Below, piece by piece: positions 60,043 through 64,000 of a stretch of 64,000 nt of DNA. The position numbers and the translations under genes are program-made. The notes beneath the pieces were generated by a model, which did not search any database, was not told the origin of the DNA, and saw only the letters and a program-made list of their open reading frames with translations. The stretch comes from an uncultured Planctomycetaceae bacterium (lineage in GTDB: Bacteria; Planctomycetota; Phycisphaerae; Sedimentisphaerales; UBA12454). Numbering within the stretch: position 1 is the first letter of the stretch; each line of letters begins with the position of its first letter. The stretch lies in contig CAZBLD010000002.1 of assembly GCA_964492875.1 (NCBI GenBank), forward strand, positions 5,579 to 69,578. Reading direction: 5' to 3'.

Positions 60043-62658
60043 TTAAGGTCTTATCTGGCCTCCGCAATAAACATCCTGGCTGGCCGGAGCGGCTATTGCT
60101 ATCGTAAGTGTCCTCGCCTCGTTCGATGAGCCAAGTGAGAAGGTCGAGGTCTCGCTGTTGCCGCTTACCAACTGTCTGACGTATCCTGCGCCGCCTGAGA
60201 CCGCGCCTTCAAGCCCTATGCCCTGTACTACAAAGCCAATAATCGCCTGACGGCCCACAGTGCCGGAGAAAGTAGCGCGTGGTGTTTCGGCAACTCCGGT
60301 CGCGGATTTGTGGCCAGTTACACCAGTATGCCCATTAGCCCCAACCGATTGATCGGTTCCTTCAATAAAGCCGTTGTTTAATGTATATGAACCGTTATTA
60401 CCGCAAACAGCGGCTACAATTACCATATCCCCGCCTCCCGTAGAAAGCGGGTCGGTCTCGATTGGATTTGTACTGCTTGTCGTACTTGCGCTGTCAGTAG
60501 CTCCGATGATATCCGTTTGGTCCACATTCTGTAGGAATACGCTGGCGTACGAGACGCTGCTGGGCGGATCGCCCCAAGTGGGAACGAACGTTCCACTGGT
60601 CGCGGCGGTGATTCCTGCCTCATTGAGGATAAAGGCCGCGACATAATTCCGAAAGCTGCTCGTGCCAGCGGTAATATCAATAACCTTGGTCATCGTTTGG
60701 CCACCGTAGGTCACAGTCAAAGATGGAGCGACGTTATCCTCCCAGTGAGCAATAAAAATCAAAGCACGGTTGGTGCCAGACTCTTTTGCATGAGTTGTGC
60801 CTGTCGCCCACGAGCCGAGTATCGCAACCGCTCCGGTACCACCACTGGAGCTCTTGTCCATCGTAATTGCGGTATGGCCGGGAAGGCCGGGATAACCGGG
60901 TTCCGGAAGAGTGTTGACATCACCATCATCAAACGCTCCCAGACGAAGAATCAGGCAATTGCTGAGAGTTGTGGTTACTTCAGGACTAGTTGGAGTGATG
61001 CTGGAATCGTTGTAAGCCGACCAGATATGAATTGGATTGTTAGGGTCGTGGCCTGTAAAACGCATCATCCAGCCGTAGGCCTGCTGGCCTCCTGTCCAGG
61101 TAAAATTATAACTGGCCGGCTCTGATGCACCTGCGATTTTCTGCCAGGCCCCCAGCGTTACCGCAGTGCCGTAAGCTGTGCAATCGATTTGCGTCCAGCC
61201 GCTTGGTACACCTGTAAATGGGGTAGAACTCTCATCCGTGGCGACCGCTGCAATCAGCAGGTCGCCTACATTTACATCACTAGGCTTCGGAATAGTAATA
61301 TAATTACTGTCGGAGCTGACTTTGGCTTCTTCGAACGTCCTGAACTTGAGGATATTAGCCAGTTGTGCGACCTCCTGAGCGCTCATAGCATAGTTGTAGA
61401 TACGCACATCATCGATGATGCCGCTAAATAAGCCAGAAGAAGAAGTACCATTAACTGAGTTACTTCTCCTGCCTATGTTGAACCAATTTCCCTGATTGGT
61501 TAAAGTGCCGGGATAGTGGACTGAGCCAATTAACCCACCATCAACATAAGCTAGCGCATCATTGCCATTCCATGTCACAGCAATATGGGACCAAGTATAC
61601 TCAGGCCATGGCACAGTTGGAAAATCTGCTGGTGTTGTACCATTAAGGACTACTCCCAATGCCCCACCACTTATTGGGGTCCTGACATAAATTCCATACT
61701 GCATATTCGCAGTGGTGCTGGTGTTCCTTGTAACAATATATTCATATGCAGGGTCTCCCACAAAATATACCCAGGCAGATATAGTAAAAACTCTCGACAG
61801 GTTAAGTGTAGATGTAGCACTTCTTGATACATAATCATTAGACCCATCGAACGACAGGGCACCGCCGATTTGTCCTGCGACCCAGCAGCCCGGCGTGGCC
61901 ATATTGTACAGTGTCCCATCGCCGCCGTTGCCTGACGAATCCGTCGCGGTTGTTCCGCTGGTCTCATCCAGCTTCCAATGCCCTATAAGCCCCCACTTGG
62001 TATTGGCGTTTGTTTGCAGATAGGCGGATGCGGTGAAGGTCCTGTCAGTTCCTGTGTCATTATTTGGAAAATCTGTCTCGATTTGTACAAGTCGAATAGC
62101 ATTTACATCGGTGGCATTTACATCGGCCGTGGGATGGTTAAGGTCATTCAGGGAATAGCAGCTAATTTGCAATCTGTCGACAGGTCCTGCAAGCTGTGCT
62201 TCACTGCCGACGGCGCCGAAAACGACATATCCGCCGGAGAGCATATAACATTGGTTGACGTCGTTATTATCTTTAAACCTTATAAAGCCGCTGGTTTGAC
62301 TGCTGGGGCTGACGCCGATAATCTTCTTTGCCGCTGAAAGATTTCTGGTAATGTGCTCGGCAAGGATTCTGCCGTTCTGGATTATCTCAGCCTGTGCTTC
62401 GGTGCTGGTCCAACTGTTTCTGATGGCCCTGAACTGCGGCACAACCGCTGCAAAGATGATTACGATTATTGCGAACGCAACTATTAACTCAACGAGACTA
62501 AATCCCTCACACCTATTTGCACAGCGGCACCACAAGCTAATAGTAGTATGCGACTTTGCAGTACTATTCGGCTCCACATTTGCAGGCACAATGCAAATAG
62601 GTGTAGGGGCAAAACCGTTTTTGTCTTTTTCTTTGCGCATTGCGTACTCTGTCTGCAC
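60043..62658 (-). CDS. Type IV pilin-anchored adhesin with LamG and further beta-rich domains
   Basis: GFSLVELIV N-methylation motif; HWKLDE...ALSFDG...IDDVRIYN LamG. Confidence 0.88.
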   Translation of the reverse strand: MQTEYAMRKEKDKNGFAPTPICIVPANVEPNSTAKSHTTISLWCRCANRCEGFSLVELIVAFAIIVIIFAAVVPQFRAIRNSWTSTEAQAEIIQNGRILAEHITRNLSAAKKIIGVSPSSQTSGFIRFKDNNDVNQCYMLSGGYVVFGAVGSEAQLAGPVDRLQISCYSLNDLNHPTADVNATDVNAIRLVQIETDFPNNDTGTDRTFTASAYLQTNANTKWGLIGHWKLDETSGTTATDSSGNGGDGTLYNMATPGCWVAGQIGGALSFDGSNDYVSRSATSTLNLSRVFTISAWVYFVGDPAYEYIVTRNTSTTANMQYGIYVRTPISGGALGVVLNGTTPADFPTVPWPEYTWSHIAVTWNGNDALAYVDGGLIGSVHYPGTLTNQGNWFNIGRRSNSVNGTSSSGLFSGIIDDVRIYNYAMSAQEVAQLANILKFRTFEEAKVSSDSNYITIPKPSDVNVGDLLIAAVATDESSTPFTGVPSGWTQIDCTAYGTAVTLGAWQKIAGASEPASYNFTWTGGQQAYGWMMRFTGHDPNNPIHIWSAYNDSSITPTSPEVTTTLSNCLILRLGAFDDGDVNTLPEPGYPGLPGHTAITMDKSSSGGTGAVAILGSWATGTTHAKESGTNRALIFIAHWEDNVAPSLTVTYGGQTMTKVIDITAGTSSFRNYVAAFILNEAGITAATSGTFVPTWGDPPSSVSYASVFLQNVDQTDIIGATDSASTTSSTNPIETDPLSTGGGDMVIVAAVCGNNGSYTLNNGFIEGTDQSVGANGHTGVTGHKSATGVAETPRATFSGTVGRQAIIGFVVQGIGLEGAVSGGAGYVRQLVSGNSETSTFSLGSSNEARTLTIAIAAPASQDVYCGGQIRP
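62503..62609. mobile_element. MITE copy 3, 107 bp, in frame within the prepilin leader
   Basis: ccctcacacctatttgca/tgcaaataggtgtagggg TIR; flanks TAAA and CAAA; ends align with copy 1. Confidence 0.85.
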
Positions 62659-62900
62659 CTTAATCCTTAAAAAATATCGGCTTATAATCCGTTCGTGCTA
62701 ACCTCCAATCAGGGACTTATATGTGAAAAACGAAGATATGAAAAATTCAAATTGTCTAACTGCTAATTTTACTTTTATGGGACTTATCGGCACGATTACC
62801 AACCTGCCGTTTACATAATCGGAAAAGTCCTATAATTACTTCTTGCTTCTAACCTCTGACTTGTGGCTTCTGAATTATTTTTATGCTAAAATTGGCGGCT

Positions 62901-64000
62901 ATGACAAAGCAGATTTTAGACCTTACAGGCAAATGGCAGTTCAAGGAATATCCGGCTTCTGCCCGGAGAATGCGCGATTTGGATGCGGTTTCGACAGGCT
63001 CACCACAAGAGGGAAACTGGCTCAACTGCCCCGTCCCCTCGTCAATTTACACCTGTCTGCTCGAAGCAGGTCTTATTAAACTTTCCGATTTAAATTCAAA
63101 TCCAAAAGACTTTCTCTGGCCCAGCGAAAAATCATGGATATTTCAAAAGATTTTTGATATCGACGCCGAATTTCTCGAATTCGAAGGGACAGAGCTTGTC
63201 TTTGACGGTCTCGACACTTTCTGTCAAATCTGGCTCAACGACAAACTCGTCACAAAAACCGATAATATGTTCTGTTCATATCGCTTTGACGTAAAGGCAC
63301 TGCTGAAGAAAAACAATCGCCTGCTGATAAAATGTGATTCGCCGCTGGCGGAAGGTAATCGTCTGATGAGGCGTTTCGGCATACTCAGTAATGACAACTA
63401 TTCTCTGCTGTGCAGGTCGTATATCCGCAAAGCACAATGCCAGTTCGGCTGGGACTTTTGTCCGCCTCTGCCCGGCTGCGGCATCTGGCAGCCGGTTCGT
63501 ATCGAGGGTTTCAACTCTGCCTGCCTGCGCGACATCCACATAAGAACTATTGAGGCCGACCCCGGCAGTGCTGATATGAAGATTTCTGTTCAAATTGAAA
63601 AATTTGCAAATCAGTCTTCAATCCGCTGCAGGCTTACAGTTTTTGACCCTCTCGACAACACCTGCGTTGACCGGGAACTTGATTTCGGTGATGGAAATAT
63701 TATTTCTACGGTACTAAAGATAAAACCTGTATTTCTTTGGTGGCCAGTCTCTTACGGTTCTCAGCCGCTTTATACCCTCAAGGTTGAGCTTCTCAATGAA
63801 GACCAACTCATCGAGACATCATTGAAAAAATTCGGTATAAGAACGGTACATCTCAACCAGACGCCTGACGATATGGGTTCGACAGGCTCACCACAGGTCG
63901 GCAGCCCCTTCAAGTTCATAGTGAACAATCGTCCCGTTTACGTCCGAGGTGCATCGTGGGTACCGGCATCGCTGCTGGTTGGTTCAGTCACCAAAACCGA
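62901..64000 (+). CDS. GH2 beta-mannosidase-like glycoside hydrolase, partial (runs off the window)
   Basis: Hand translation: LVFDGLDT, TDNMF, RKAQCQFGWD, GIWQPV, LWWP..YG.QPLY, FGIRTV; absent from the track because it has no stop. Confidence 0.9.
   Translation, partial: MTKQILDLTGKWQFKEYPASARRMRDLDAVSTGSPQEGNWLNCPVPSSIYTCLLEAGLIKLSDLNSNPKDFLWPSEKSWIFQKIFDIDAEFLEFEGTELVFDGLDTFCQIWLNDKLVTKTDNMFCSYRFDVKALLKKNNRLLIKCDSPLAEGNRLMRRFGILSNDNYSLLCRSYIRKAQCQFGWDFCPPLPGCGIWQPVRIEGFNSACLRDIHIRTIEADPGSADMKISVQIEKFANQSSIRCRLTVFDPLDNTCVDRELDFGDGNIISTVLKIKPVFLWWPVSYGSQPLYTLKVELLNEDQLIETSLKKFGIRTVHLNQTPDDMGSTGSPQVGSPFKFIVNNRPVYVRGASWVPASLLVGSVTKT

Overview
Chromosomal window from a bacterium, most likely Planctomycetota of the Phycisphaerae/Sedimentisphaerales type (inferred from the PVC small basic protein and planctomycete-type dockerin-like repeats). 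Core loci: a complete F1Fo ATP synthase operon (atpZ-BEFHAGDC), a Ser/Thr kinase-phosphoesterase-glycosyltransferase cluster, scpB-nif3-pabC-pabB-prfA-rpmE, rpmF-plsX-fabHDG-acpP-fabF, nfeD-nfeD-floA, lon, rho-coaE, a type IV pilus/secretin locus and a GH2 beta-mannosidase running off the end. Less obvious features: (1) a tRNA-Asn(GUU) split at anticodon position 35/36 by a 285-nt group I intron; (2) an accessory hotspot at 31-35.7 kb holding a four-gene operon of three related small HTH proteins plus a Swt1-like HEPN RNase, a DUF3800 gene with a convergent promoter-hairpin small RNA, and an HNH-AP2 endonuclease bracketed by an inverted pair of REP-like palindromes; (3) a ~105-bp MITE family with TTTA/TAAA target duplications, one copy of which sits in frame in a prepilin leader and rebuilds the G-F cleavage site; (4) several palindromic repeat families inserted in frame inside proteins; (5) an MNT-HEPN toxin-antitoxin pair flanked by a duplicated lon 3' end; (6) two small ORFs missing from the track (bS22-like peptide, entericidin-like lipoprotein). 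All family calls come from motif recognition by eye; no database searches were run.
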